This document shows, one piece after another, positions 14,185 through 27,941 of a stretch of DNA of 64,000 nt. The notes beneath the pieces were generated by a model. It had not been told where the DNA came from. It saw only the letters and a list, made by a program, of their open reading frames with translations, and searched no databases. The stretch is taken from NCBI RefSeq assembly GCF_009914755.1, contig NC_060937.1; one strand, given 5' to 3'. The first letter of the stretch is position 1. Each line of letters begins with the position of its first letter. The stretch comes from the human T2T-CHM13v2.0 reference genome, Homo sapiens. The translations under genes were made by a program, and so were the position numbers.

Positions 14185-14899
14185 CTCATGAAAGATCATA
14201 TATTGCTGTATAAGGTTACATTCTTATTTTTGGTTAGTTTGGCCTAAAATGCTTGCTTGTTAAGATAATGTTGATGCATTGATACTTTTCTCTAAGGAGT
14301 TAGAGAGGGAACTCCACACATCCCTCCCTCCCTCCACACACCCTTGCCCTCCCTCTTGCATTTTTACAAGCTGGGGCAACAAGTATAGCTCAGAGTGGAG
14401 CCCATGATAAAGCTCTGCTGTCCACTTCCCTTCCAGGTAGTCTTGGGTGACACTCTGGGTACTGTCATTCAACCAGAAACAAAGTCATCTAATTTTACGA
14501 TCAGTCCGTGTTACTCTGTTTTGTCTATAGGATGTTGTTAAGGACCTCGTTAAGCTGCTGGCTGAAATCTAGATAAACGACATTGACAGAATTTTCATCA
14601 TGTAGTGATTCAGTAACTCAAATATGTGACTTAACATGAGTTAATGTGTGTGCATGTGTGTGTGAACCCAACCATATGTGCATATCGTTACACATACAAT
14701 CTCATGTATACAACCTCACTACACATTTTCAATGGTAGGAGAGCTTGGTCCAAGCAGGTATATTTGATGCCTAGTCCAGAAAAAAACCAACAACTTCAGA
14801 ATGAACTATTAAAAGAAAAAAAACTGTGATAATTAAACACTGCTAAGAAAAAAAACTATATCAAACCCAACTCATTTGTAAAATAGGTTTGAGCTGGTG

Positions 14900-15470
14900 G
14901 TGTCATCTGTGCTTCCCCAGGCCCTTCTAGCTTCATTGCTAACTTAGATAATGACCCAGAGAAAGGCTCAATCGTTAGCTGCAAAAACACAAAGCCAGGA
15001 AAGGCGAAATGGATTGCATATTTCCTAAAGGATGTTTCAAACCCCCCAATCCAGTCCAATCATGAGAAAAACACCATGTACACACAGATTTTGGAAATTC
15101 TGCAAGATACATGATCAGCACTGCACCCCTACCCCCACCATTGTCAAAGTCATGTAAGACAAGGAAAGACTGAGAAACTGCCACAGACCAGAGGACGCCA
15201 GAGAGACGTGACTACTAAATGCAATGGGGAATCCTGGAATGGATCCTGCAACAGAAAGAACATTAATGGAAAAACTCGTAAAGCCCAAACAAAGTCAGGA
15301 GTGCAGTTAATACTAATTCACCAATGTCAGATACTTAGTTTGACGAATGAACCTTGGGTCAAGTAAGATAGTAACAGCAGGGAAACCTGGCTCAGACACA
15401 TAGGGGAACTTTCTGTCCTGTCTTTGCAACTTTTCTGTAAATCAAAAATTCTTTCCCAAATCTAGTTTTT
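14900..15470 (+). mobile_element. L1MC/L1MD-type 3' UTR
   Basis: AGACAAGGAAAGACTGAGAAACTG...ACTAAATGCAATG...GGATCCTG...CTTTGCAACTTTTCTGTAAATC. Confidence 0.8.
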
Positions 15471-16009
15471 TTAAGGAAAAACAAAAAATGCAAGTTAAAG
15501 GTAGACGGGTGGGGCAAACTCACAGAAGAAAATTAACTGGGGAATAAAATGAACTCACTGATGGCTCCATTCAACAAACACTTGTTGAACACATCCGATG
15601 TGTCAGGTAGTAGCAGACACTGTATTAGGAGGATTTAAAACGGGTAGACTGCCTCTCTGTAGGGAGACCCATGGATTTCTACCCTGAAATAGAAAGTTCT
15701 AACCGCCTGAGTACAGATATGAAATCTAACCACACGGGATTCCATATGGATCTTAGTTAACAAGTTCAATTTTAAGCATGCATGTGCTGTGGATGAAAGG
15801 AAGTTAATGTAATATTAGCCTGCATTCATGGAATTCCAGGAGGCAGGAAAGGATGAAGGCACACACCATGTGGATTTACAGCCTTGTGGCTCCAAGCTCA
15901 CATCACTGTCCTGAGTGGCAAAGCCCTGCAGATGAGAATTCCTTGTCTGGGGAGGTGTGTGGGCCCTCAGGGATTGGCTGGTTTCAACTGCAAAAACACT
16001 GACTTGCTT

Positions 16010-16150
16010 TTTCATTTTTTAAAAAAATTTCAGTAGCTTTATGGGTACAAGTTGTGTTTGGTTACATGGATGAATTCTACAGTGGTGAATTCTGAGATTT
16101 TAGTGCACCCATCATCCAAGCAGTGTACACTATACCCAGAAAGTACCTTC
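16010..16150 (-). mobile_element. L1PB-like 3' end fragment
   Basis: GGGTACAAG...TTTGGTTACATGGATGAATTCTACAGTGGTGAATTCTGAGATTTTAGTGCACCC. Confidence 0.8.
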
Positions 16151-16340
16151 TAATCAAGAGAGTGGCTTGACCAGAGTGTGGGGCTCTCCCCTAGAGAGAG
16201 GAGACTTGATGGAGAGGATCGAGCCCTCAGCAGATTTTGCTGTTAAAGTCACATTGGCCATGTGCTGGAGACCTTTCAACAGGATTAGGGTCTTTACTCA
16301 TCACTAGAAAGCCAAAGGGAAGGCACAGCCTCCCCCTCGA

Positions 16341-16652
16341 TTTTTTTTTTTTTTTTTGAGACAGAATTTCACTCTGCTGAATTTCACACCGCACTCTGGC
16401 TGGAGTGCAGTGGCATGATCTCAGTGCACTGCAACCTCTGCCTCCCAGGTTCAAGTGATTCTCATGCCTCAGCCTCCTGAGTAGCTGAGATTACAGGCAT
16501 GCAGCACCATGCCCAGCTAACTTTCGTATTTTTAGTAGAGACAGGATTTCGCCATGTTGCCCAGGCTGGTCTTGAACTCCTGGCCTCAAGTGATCCACCC
16601 ACTTGGCCTCCCAAAGTGCTGGGATTACAAGCATGAGCCACTGCACCTGGCC
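16341..16652 (-). mobile_element. AluS(z)/J, no visible TSD
   Basis: Poly-T plus antisense dimer ending CACCTGGCC. Confidence 0.92.
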
Positions 16653-16736
16653 AGGTTCCAGTGACCAATTTTAAGCATACTACCCCATCTTCATACCACA
16701 GTTAGGATCACATGTTCCACTCTTTAATTTGGGAGG

Positions 16737-17114
16737 TGTATTAGTCCATTCTCACACTGCTATAAAGAACTACCTGAGACTGGGCAATTTATGAAGAAAA
16801 GAGGTTTAATTAACTCGCAGTTCTGCAGACTTAAAAGGAAGCATGACTGGGAGGCCTGAGGAAACTTAACAATCGTGGAGGAAGGCGAAGGGGAAGCAAG
16901 TATGTCTTACCAAGGTGGAGCAGAAAAGAGAGAGAGAAGAGGGAAGTGCCACACACTTTTAAACAACCAGATCTCGTGAGACCTTTGCTCACTATCATGA
17001 GAACAGCAAGAGGGATATCCACCCCCATGATCCAATCCCCTCCTCCAATTTCACCATGCCCCTCCTCCAATTCAATGTGAGATTTGGGTGGGGACACCAA
17101 TCCAAACCACATCA
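16737..17114 (-). mobile_element. MSTA solo LTR
   Basis: TGTATTAGTCCATTCTCACACTGCTATAAAG...CCAAACCACATCA; 5-bp TSD GGAGG on both sides. Confidence 0.93.
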
Positions 17115-17223
17115 GGAGGCTTGCCCCATGGAGAGGGAAAACCCTAAAGAGTAATACATAACAGAGGGAGACACTTCCAAACACATTCAGTTGCTCAGCA
17201 ACAGGATCTAATCCCGCTCCATC

Positions 17224-17410
17224 ACAGTGGCTCTCAACAGGGCTGATCTGGTAATGTCTGGAGACATTGTCACAATTGAGGGGGCTGCTGGTGGCATTGA
17301 ATGTGTACAGGCCAGGATGCTACAACACATCCCATGGTGCACAGGACAGACTCCACAGCAGAGGTATCTCAAGCACCAGGTGTCGGCAATGCTGAGGCTG
17401 AGATGCCCTA
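17224..17410 (+). mobile_element. MER20 (hAT-Charlie)
   Basis: CAGTGGCTCTCAAC...AATGTCTGGAGACATT...GTGCACAGGACAG...GCTGAGGCTGAGA. Confidence 0.85.
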
Positions 17411-19463
17411 ATCTACAGAAGCACAAGACTGGCCTGCCTTGGAGCGTGTGTGACCGTTCACCTTGACTGCTCCTCCTCAGATCATCTGCTCTCAGCAGCC
17501 TTAGCCTTCCCCCAGCCACAGTTTGGCATGGAAGGAAGAATACATTATTTGGAGTCAAAAAAGCTATCCTTGAGCCCTGGATGAAATACCCAACACCCAG
17601 GTCTCTGTGTCTTCTCCTATGCAGGTAACCTAATGTCTGAGATCCACAGCTTCCCTCCCCTGTGACTCAGACCCAAGCCCATTTAGCAACCAGTGTTGCG
17701 GTGAGGAAAACACTTAGCTCTTTTATCCAATATGACATTTTTGGGGTTCAAACCCTCAGCAAACCTTGCTATTATAATTACAAGAGTCACATGTCTGGCT
17801 GTGTAACCTGGGGTCTATGGACTCTGAAGATGGGATTGCATTTTAATACAATAGGGTGCTTCTCATCCTGTATATCTTATCTTATGCATTTATAAACATT
17901 ACCTGCAATGAGGTCTTTACTCATCACCAGAAAGTCAAAGGGAAGGCACAGCACCCCCAAAATTAAGAAATTTTAGATGCCTGCATAAATGTATTGTAGA
18001 GATTTACTACTGGAGTAAACCTCTCCAGTTTCTGGGCCTGGAGTAGAGTGTTTCTACTTGTGTACTCTATGGGTACATACACATAATAGAGTGTTTCTAC
18101 TCCAGGCCCAGACACTGGAGATTCACAGAGACCACTGCCCAGTTCTTGGCAACTCAAACCTTAGCCCCTACCTTTCTCCACTTCCAGGTCTCTGACCTTA
18201 TTTGGCCCCACATCTCAGCTCCTGGTGACCTGTAGGTCCCCCTTGTTGAAACAGGTTGGGCTCACCCAGCTGCACCAATGTCGACAGTGTTTTCCAGTCA
18301 CAGTGCTCAGTATTTGCCCAGCAGTGCTGTCTGCAGGAACACAGGCCATTGCTGCTTGCCTGGACACTCCATGACTGTCCAGCTGGGACTGGCTGCCTCC
18401 AGGCTGGCCTCTCCACTGGGGAGCAGTGACTTCAACCCAGCATGACGCTGGGCACATGCTAGATGCTTCATAAGCATTGATTCCTCGTGTAACACTCACA
18501 TATTCCAGCTCACTCAACTGGAATTGCTCTAGAATTCCAACCAATTCCAGCTTATCCTTCAGAAATTAAGCTTGATATACTTTCATAACTTTCTAGTAAC
18601 AATTCCTGTTTGCCTAGACTCAAAACTGGCAAAATTTGATCCCTTTTTAAAAGATGGATGCCTACCTACACTATCTGATGGACTAGAAAACAACTAACAA
18701 AAATTAAGTACACATTTGAGAGCAAGGTATAGCCCAAAGGTAGGTGGAAGGAAAATGGGAGTCAGGTAGGTGCTGAAGGCCAGAAGAAGGGGCTTCAAAG
18801 CTGTCCTCGGAGAAGGAGCCCCTGCTCCCTCCATGGGCACCGTCAATAACCAACAGCAGGTTTGACTTTAGCATTGCCACACCTGCTCCATGCTCTTCTC
18901 CAAGGAGAAGCACGTGGTTGCCTGGAGCTCCAGAGTGCATGCCGGTTGATAATGTTCTCATTTCCCTTTTGGTTGCTGTGCTTTCAGCAGCGTCCCAGAT
19001 CATAGGCTGGCTTCCTCCAAAGTGCTGGAGGGGCTGCTTTGGACTTCTTTGATTTTTGTCTGGCTGCTTTCCACCTTATCTTACTCACAGGCTGCAGTTT
19101 CCAAAACCTTAGGCATTTTCTGTTCTGCTTCACTTGAAATATTTAGTCTGGTCTCTGAGAGTAATCATCCCTGTACTGCTTCTCCAGTGCATGCTGATAT
19201 CTTTGGCAGAACAGAAATCAACCATCCGATAGCTACAGATGATAACCAGATTGGTAGATCACTTTCTGCATTGAGACTCTAAGCAACTTTTTTTTCCTAT
19301 TTCTTGATGCACTTTTGGATGTAGGTCATTTTCCCAGTTCTGAAGGTAACTAATTTGCCTCAGATTGCCTCCAGTACCTAATTTCTGGAGTCATTCTTGC
19401 ATTAGTCCAGCAAATTATGAAAGGTCTAAGGAAATCATGTAGCTCTACACAAGGAAACAGACA

Positions 19464-19692
19464 CATAGTGTAGTGGCTAAAAGCATAGCCCCTGAAGTTA
19501 GATTGTGTTAGGTTTGATTCTGCATCGTGTAAACCTAAGTAAAATGTTTCAATTTTTTATGCCTCAATTCTCCCATAGAAAGTTGGAAATAATAATAGTC
19601 CATATCATATACGGCTGTTTTGAGAATTAATATTTGTAGAACACTTAAGATAATACCTGGCACACAGCAAGTACTATGGAAGTGTTTATTAA
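19464..19692 (+). mobile_element. MIR SINE
   Basis: CATAGTGTAGTGGCTAAAAGCA...TGCCTCAATTCTCCCAT...CCTGGCACACAGCAAGTACT. Confidence 0.8.
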
Positions 19693-19814
19693 ATGAGGCA
19701 AAACCAAAATGCATTAAAGAGAAAAAGACATTGCTGCTGGTTAGCTCTGCCTGAGGTCATCTCAGACATGCAGTGTCTGGGATGGCGGCTCCATTTTAAA
19801 AGGGAAGTGCTGCT

Positions 19815-20566
<752 letters not shown>

Positions 20567-22697
20567 TCAATGATAGGGTAGGTTTTAGATGTCTGTGAGT
20601 GATACAATCAACTGATAAATAATATGCAGATGGAAGTATAAGATTTTCAGATACAACCACAAATGCAAGTGTCGATTCATAATAAAACTTTCCCCTTAAT
20701 TGCCTTTAAATGCAATATGATATTCTTAAGACCATTCAGGACACCACGTCTCTGAATAGAGTCAACTGCTTTCCCATACGTTGCAATTGCAGTCTGTGTC
20801 GGCAGCCAGACCCGTGTCCAAAGGGATGACGAGAGAAAGTCTAGCTCCCGACAGATACCTTTTCATATTTTCACATTCCTGCTCTTAGTTGCAGTTGATC
20901 TCAGGGTGAGATCTTTGTACTGTATGGGTGCATTAGCTAAACAAGATGTCAGTCTATAGGATAATTTTAACTGGTGGTGGCTAGTGTATACTTTTACTTC
21001 TTTGTTTCCCTGTAGTGCATGCTATGGATGCTCAATGAGTATTTGCTGATTTACTCACTGGCTGCAGTGAGTATATCCTCTAATTTATAAAATTATTCAA
21101 GATGCATTTATACATTATTTCAGCTAATGAAGACAATGAGGGCAAAAAGAGACGGGAATTGTGGGGGAGAGCTGAGCATTAGCTGGTCTTGGTCACTCTT
21201 TCTGCAAGCTGAAGTTCCCAGTGACTCCATCAAAGCAGGAATTTGTGTAAGTTTAACTTGCTGTTGGAGGGTGCATCCTGAAGCTAAATGCCTTCTCCAA
21301 ACAGGTCTGTGGCTCTGTCTTAATCTCCAGACATTTACTGAGTGCTTTCTGTACACCTGCCTCTGAACACAGATGAGGCCCCTGTTCCCTCATACTATGA
21401 TACTGATCCTTCTGCATGGTGCCCTTAACAATGCTTAACAAGTCTTGCACATAACTTGCCTTACATTCAACAATAGATATAAGAGAGTTTTAAAATTAGT
21501 TTTGATCTCAGTATCTATTGTTACAGCTTTTGTCAGATGTATTTGGTACCTAAATGTGATTGCTTTGCTTTACCAAGTACCTAAAGTAATAAATTTCAAA
21601 GGACAGCTCTTAAAGATGGCATGTGCTTAATTTGAAAGTAACAACTATTATGAATGTATCTTCTATTTGCATTCTAACTTCTTTAACATCTTTCAAAATA
21701 CAGCTTTTTCATATATATGTATATATGTGCATATATTATATATGTATATGTATATATGATCAATGTGATAAGACTATTCACCAAACAAAAATCCCTTTGT
21801 TGAAATTATGGGTTCTTATTTATGAAATTCTAGAAAATGCATTTATGCATTATTCCAGATAATGAAGGCAATTAGATAACAAAAGGCCAAAGAATGAGAA
21901 AGCTGTTAAATCAGCTCCTTAGATTAATGATCTGCAGCAGGACGCTTCCCAAGGGCCACATCAAAGCATAAGGAGACTTGGATAGATGAAAGATATATTT
22001 GCATATGATTTGTATGTAATTTGTATGTCATTAGCATATATGTGCTTGGCTCAAAGTCTTGGGCAATTTTCAATTTAAAAATGTTCCTTAAGGTTGTCAT
22101 CTCCTCTTTTCTATGCAGGCTCATCCATTCATGAGTGCAACAGCCCTGTATGAATATTATATAGTGAAAAAGAAACATACCAAACCAGCCAAAAAGGTAA
22201 TGGAGGCAGCATTATCACTCAGAAATTTTTGCAAAGCCATTAATAGCCTGGAGTTTAGAGAACATTTTCTTAGATGAGTCAGAAGGAAGGAAATGATACC
22301 TCTAAACTTGCCTTGACCAAGGGTATCCAACGTGGCCACAAAATCACTTATACCTACAGTACAAGGAAGGTCAAGATTTTGAGTTCAAAAGCTCCATATA
22401 CAGGGATGGCCCCAGGAAAAACGGAAAATTAGTATTTATTGTCTCAAGGCACCCTTTCCGTTTCAGTATCCCCATCCTTGCTGCCATCAGTTGCTCCCCT
22501 CCCACCTTTGTTAGACACTGACAACCCTTGTTCTCTCTGTAGCACTAACTCTTCACACAAGTAAAAGCCTACTTTCAGGAAGAATCTGATATCATTCATT
22601 TGCACCTTATTATACATTTGCTAACAGTTCATTCATTCAATGATATCTATGGAACACCTACTTTTTATTCACTCTTTCACTTATTCTGAGTGTTTAA

Positions 22698-23535
22698 AAG
22701 ATATTTCTCCAAAGAGGACATACAAATGGCTGGCGGGTGTATGAAAAGCTGCTCAATGTCACCAATTATATGGAAAGTGTAAATAAAAGCCACAATGAGG
22801 TATCATCTCACACCTGTCAGAATGGCTGTTATTTTTTTAAAAAGACATGTTTTGGCAGGGATGTGGAGAAACTGGAACCCTTGCACACAGTTGCTGGGAA
22901 TGCAAAATGGCACAGCTGTTACAGAAAGCAGAATGGAGGTCCCTCAGAAAATTAAAAATTGAACCACAAATGACTCAGCAATCTATTTCTGGCTGTTATT
23001 TATCCAAAAGAATTGAAATTAGGATCTCAAAGAGATATTAGCACTCCTGTGTTCGTTGCAGCACTATGCACCATAGCCAAGATGTGGAAACAACCTGAGA
23101 ACCTGTCCACTGACAAATCAATGAAGAAAGAAAATGTAGCATATGCATACAGTAGAATACTATTCAGTCTTAAAAAAGAAAGAAATGTGGGGATATGCAA
23201 CAACACAGATGAACCTTGAGGACATTATGCCAAGTGAAATAAGTCAGTCACAGGAAGACAAATACTGCAAGATTCCACTCATATGAAGAACCAAAAACAG
23301 TAAGACTCCTAGAACCGAAGAGCGGGTTGCTGGTGACCATGGGCTGAGGGTCAGGGTAAATGAAGAGTTACTGGTCAACGGGCATGAAGTCTCAGTTATG
23401 CAGGATGAAAAAGCTCTAGAGATCTGCTATTTACGACATTGTGCTTATAATGAGCAATACCGTATTGGATGCTTAAACATTTGTCCAGAGGGTAGATTTT
23501 CATACCAAAGTAAAATAAAATTTAGTAAAAAGAAA
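22698..23535 (+). mobile_element. L1MA/L1MB 3' end
   Basis: TTCTCCAAAGAGGACATACAAATGGC; TAGGATCTCAAAGAGATATTAGCACTCC; TCAGTTATGCAGGATGAAAAAGCTCTAGAGATCTG. Confidence 0.88.
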
Positions 23536-23639
23536 AATATTCCAACAGCTATGCCAGAGGCAAAGAGACCAAATCTGAGGGGCACATAGTGTGCTGGGGA
23601 AGGGAAAGAGAATGACGGCAACACAGTGGTTCATGGTGG

Positions 23640-24321
23640 TGTTCTGTGAGTGGACTGTGTTCCTCCACATTCATATGTGAAAGTCCTCACTCTCAGTACC
23701 CAGAATCTGGATGTGAGGGAGATCTCGCTGTGACATCTGTCTCCCCACTGATCGCTAGGGTTGCATCGGCTGATCTGGCTGGCCAGGCGGGTATCCCTTT
23801 CCTCCGTCACCCCTCCATGTGCGTCCCTCCCAAAGCTGCACGCTCGGTCAAAGAGGAAAACCATCCGCGATAGAGGAAGACCAGTCTTTGGTCAAGGGTT
23901 TACGAGTAGCTGCGTTCCCCCGCTAGAACCTCCAAACAAGCTCTCAGTACCCGGAATCTGATCTTATTTGAAGAGAGGGTCTTTACAGAGGTAATCAAGT
24001 TTAAATGAAGTCGTGAGGGTGAGCCCTAATCCAATATGACTAATGTCCTTAGAAAAAGGGGAAATTTGAACACAGAGATATTCATAGAGGAAGAGAATTG
24101 AAGCCTCAGGGAGAATTGAAGCTTCAGGAAGAGACTTGAAATCTACCAGCACAGAAGAGAGGCCTGGAACTAATCCTTCCCTTATGGTGCTCAGTAGGAA
24201 CGAACCCTGCCAACACCTTGATGTTGAACTTCTGGCCTCCAGGACTATGAGAAAATGGTTTCAGTTGTGTAAGCCACTTAGTTTGTGGTGCTTTGTTACA
24301 GCAGCCCTAGGAAGCTGATAT
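23640..24321 (+). mobile_element. MLT1B-like LTR interrupted by the 7SK retrocopy
   Basis: ATTCATATGTGAAAGTCCT...GGGTGAGCCCTAATCCAATATGACT...TTTGTTACAGCAGCCCTAGGAAGCTGATA. Confidence 0.85.
23709..23946 (+). pseudogene. RN7SKP: 7SK snRNA retropseudogene, 3'-truncated (about nt 1-238), no poly-A tail
   Basis: Colinear with 7SK from GGATGTGAGGG through GGCTGATCTGGCTGG to GCTAGAACCTCCAAACAAGCTCTCA; flanked by TSD GTACCC(A/G)GAATCT. Confidence 0.95.
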
Positions 24322-24747
24322 ATCAAGTGAGCAGGGTTCTAGAGAAACAGAGAAAGCAACAGTTAACTCTGTCTTGGGGAATGAAAGAATGCTTCACTGA
24401 GAAATTCTGGAAAGAAGACACTATTATGCCCCAAATGCTGCTCCTTCTTGTATGTTACACTCACACCTCTTAGGTACGATGTCTGGATTTGATAAGCCAG
24501 TTATGGCAATATTTACCAGAGAGGACAGAAGGCATAGAAGGTTTAGGGCTCTTCTGAGCCCCTGCACCACATTCTTACTTGATGGTTTGTCTGTCTTTTT
24601 GGAAAAGCCCGTCTCTGCGCACACAGCTGGTCCACGAGTTCTCGGCCTGGGGTTTATGGTCCTCCTTCTTATACCTCACGGGGCATCCTCCACTCACATT
24701 TTTCAGTGGGCATTCAGTGATCTGAAGCAGGGGTTTTCCCTGATCAC

Positions 24748-25160
24748 TTGTTTAGTTTGGGTTCCCCTGGAATCAGATGCTGAGACAATAGTCTAGATGC
24801 AAGGGGCTATTGGACAGGTGCCCCAATTCTGCAGGAAAGTGGGGAAGTGGCACAGGAAGGGGACTGGAGGGGAAGGAGTCCAAAGAGGCATGTTCTTACG
24901 TCCTTCACCACCATGGGTAACTGAGCCTTTGCTCCCCATGGAAACTCTGGGAAACAATGCAAGTCCCAGGCTTCAGAGTGACTACACCTGAGGGACAATG
25001 GAACTGGTGTGTCACTGGGGTTTAGCATCATTGCTTCACGGTGGTAGTAGGGAAGTGATTACCTAGCCTAGGGTCAAAGCAGCTGTTTTGATCACAGAAG
25101 AAAACCTTCAGGCACAGAGATGCAGACATCATGGAAGGTCAGCTGGCGGCACTCACAAGG
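24748..25160 (-). mobile_element. LTR16-like ERVL LTR
   Basis: TTTGGGTTCCCCTGGAATCAGATGCTGAGACAA...TGCAAG resembles an antisense LTR16 end. Confidence 0.55.
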
Positions 25161-25203
25161 CAAAATGGTTACCAGTTCCTCACCCGCACTACTTGCCTTT
25201 AAA

Positions 25204-25507
25204 TTTTTTTTTTTTTTTTTTTTGAGAAGGAGTCTCACTCTGTCGCCCAGGCTGGAGTGCAGTGGCACGATCTAGGCTCACTACAAGCTCCGCCTCCCGG
25301 GTTCACGCCATTCTCCTGCCTCAGCCTTCCGGTAGCTGGGACCACAGGTGCCCGCCTGCCACCAAGCCTGGCTGATTTTTTGTATTTTTAGTAGAGATGG
25401 GTTTTCACCGTGTTAGCCAGGATGGTCTCAATCTCCTGACCTCGTGATCTGCCAGCCTCAGCCTCCCAAAGTGCTGGGATTCCAGGCATGAGCCACCACA
25501 CACAGCC
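25204..25507 (-). mobile_element. AluY
   Basis: CAAGCTCCGCCTCCCGGGTTCACGCCATTC diagnostic; TSD TACTTGCCTTTAA. Confidence 0.95.
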
Positions 25508-27941
25508 TACTTGCCTTTAACTTTTATATTTCCTTACGTAAACCCATAAAAAATATGACTTTTCTGGCTAGATATTTTCTGACACTTGGCTAATAAGCAT
25601 ATTTATAAATAACATAAATATTAGCATATAAATGTAAATAATAGCTAGGATAAATCGTGATAACTGATAATGTGTTTATCAAAAGATCCAGAGGTCTTTC
25701 TTATCTGAATCCCATTCTTTTCCTGCTTAAGGAAACCCAGAAATATTGATTCCAGGTTCAGATGTTTGGCCCCTGCAATGTAGTAGTAAAATTTACCAGC
25801 TTCAGAAAGAGTAGCTGCAGTTTACAGTATAAATAACAGTCCCCAAAATCTGGTTTTGGGATTCACTGCAGCAGGGTCCCAAACCTCTGCAATGGGTGTA
25901 TCCCAGTTCTCTTGATCAGGATGAGCAATGCTCTTACACTGGAAGGCTATCCACATACTACTCAACAATGCAGAGAAACTAAAAACCAGTGCAATAATTC
26001 TCTATTCAACAGTGGTTAAGTTCCTTCTATGTGCCAGGTAAAATGCACTACTGCTAGTGTTACCAAAATGAGTAAGACACAGTGCTTATTTTTAAAGAAC
26101 TCATGCCCTAAAGAGAAAAACTACAAGGACTTTTCATTCATAAAATTTGAAGTCATTCCAAAATATGTTACAGAAGGAGAGGAGCTAACTCAATAATTTA
26201 ACCAACTGGAATGCTATTAAAATATTTTATTTCCCCATTCTTTTGTCAACTTGTGTCTTATCTAGAGGGTATAAACAAGTGCAGAAAGGAGATTGCATTT
26301 GAGTGGATTTTAGTTACATAGCACATATGGGAGGGTGGAGAAAAATACTGGAAAATTCAGAAATTACATACATATATATTTCTTTTCAATGCTAGGACTG
26401 GCCTATTTGATAATTTTCATTTTGACTAGATTTTTAGCAAATTTGATTTCCCTTTAAGGGTTTGTAATCTTTGTTGGTTTTGTTTCTCTAATTTTTATTT
26501 CTTAGATCAATTTTAAGAGAAATACTTCTTATAAAAATACTGCACAAATAAATTAAAATCACACTGTGCAACTTATTTTATAATCTATGATCTATCCACT
26601 GATAGCTATTAGTAATCTTTGTGGCTTTCAACATTCTGTTTAGTAGAAATGTCAGGCCTCTTTGTGGCCTGTCTATAAAAAATATTTTTTTCACAATGGC
26701 AAAGGCCAGCGTAATAAAAGGCCACAGAGAAGAATTGTTTCCACTCCAAAAAGTAGTGCACAAGAAGAAGAAATTGGGCATGACCAACTGGCCAACTGCC
26801 TCCTCCTCTGAGTGCCTGACTTCTTCAAGGCCAGCTCTGCCCCTTGGGATGTGCCAGGTCCTGGCTCGGCTGTGCCCTGAAACTCTACCAGGCTTGCCAG
26901 GAAGTAAGCCTCCTACTGGAACATCCAGTAGAAGCTGAGCTACCCTCTATCTCACTGGGAGTTAGTTAGCTCACACATAATCCCCAGCGCCGTGTCTTTT
27001 CATCATGCCTACAGCTGACTCCAGTGTGGCAACTGGCCGCCACGCCTCCCTGTTCCCTGGTGGCGGCCCATCATCTGAGTCTGCATTTTCCTCAGAGCCA
27101 CCCTCTTCACTCAGGCTCAGAGTGACACATCATGCTCTTGGGAGGGGCTCTGTCTCCCCCGCTGCCTGTGGACACCATGGGTGATTGCTGTGATGCTCAC
27201 ATCCTGGCTGCAGTTGTTCATAAACAGATTCTAAACCAACCCAATTATTCACAAGACACTGGTGCAGACGGCTTTATGACTTAGAAGTGTGATCTTTAAA
27301 ATACCCCGGAAGGAATGGAATTTGCATTCCTGATGTGGATTGGGAATATTAATGTGGTCGGGTCCAAATTCTCAGAGCAATGCCTGCAGTACCCCTGATA
27401 GAAGTGGGAAGAGGTTCTTACTTACTCCACGCCTACTGCACAGAGAAAGTCAAAGCACAAGTTTATCTGCAGTGTCAGAGGCCTTGGGCTTGGCTTATCA
27501 CCTAGTTCATAGTGAAAACAAAACCTCAGTCAGGCAGTGTTTTTATTGCTAAATTAGGGAATTTCTAAGTTAGGGCATTGGTGTTGCTCTGATGGGATAT
27601 TTGGGAGTTCTGTTAGTCATTTTCTTATACTGTTCCCTCAAATATCTTATGCTTGGACTTGTAATTCATGCTGTACTTGCATAAACGTAAGACGGAAGTG
27701 CTGTAGGTTATACCCCAATGTCAGAGAACCAAGTGTATTAAACTTCCTGTTTCAAAAATACATAAAACTAGAAAAAGGCAAACATGAATTTCAAAGGCTC
27801 CACCACGGTCTCTCTTAAAATGTGAGCTACTCATTTGTACTTAAAACGTAAGTCGATTTCATAAGAAATTATTTGCCTACACATTCAGTAATCTAGCTAC
27901 AGCATGAAGAACCTGACACACAAGTCAAAAAGAGAAACGCA

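Noticed and set aside
23709-23946. Functional 7SK gene
   Set aside because: 3' ~90 nt missing, many substitutions, TSD present, no upstream PSE/TATA promoter context
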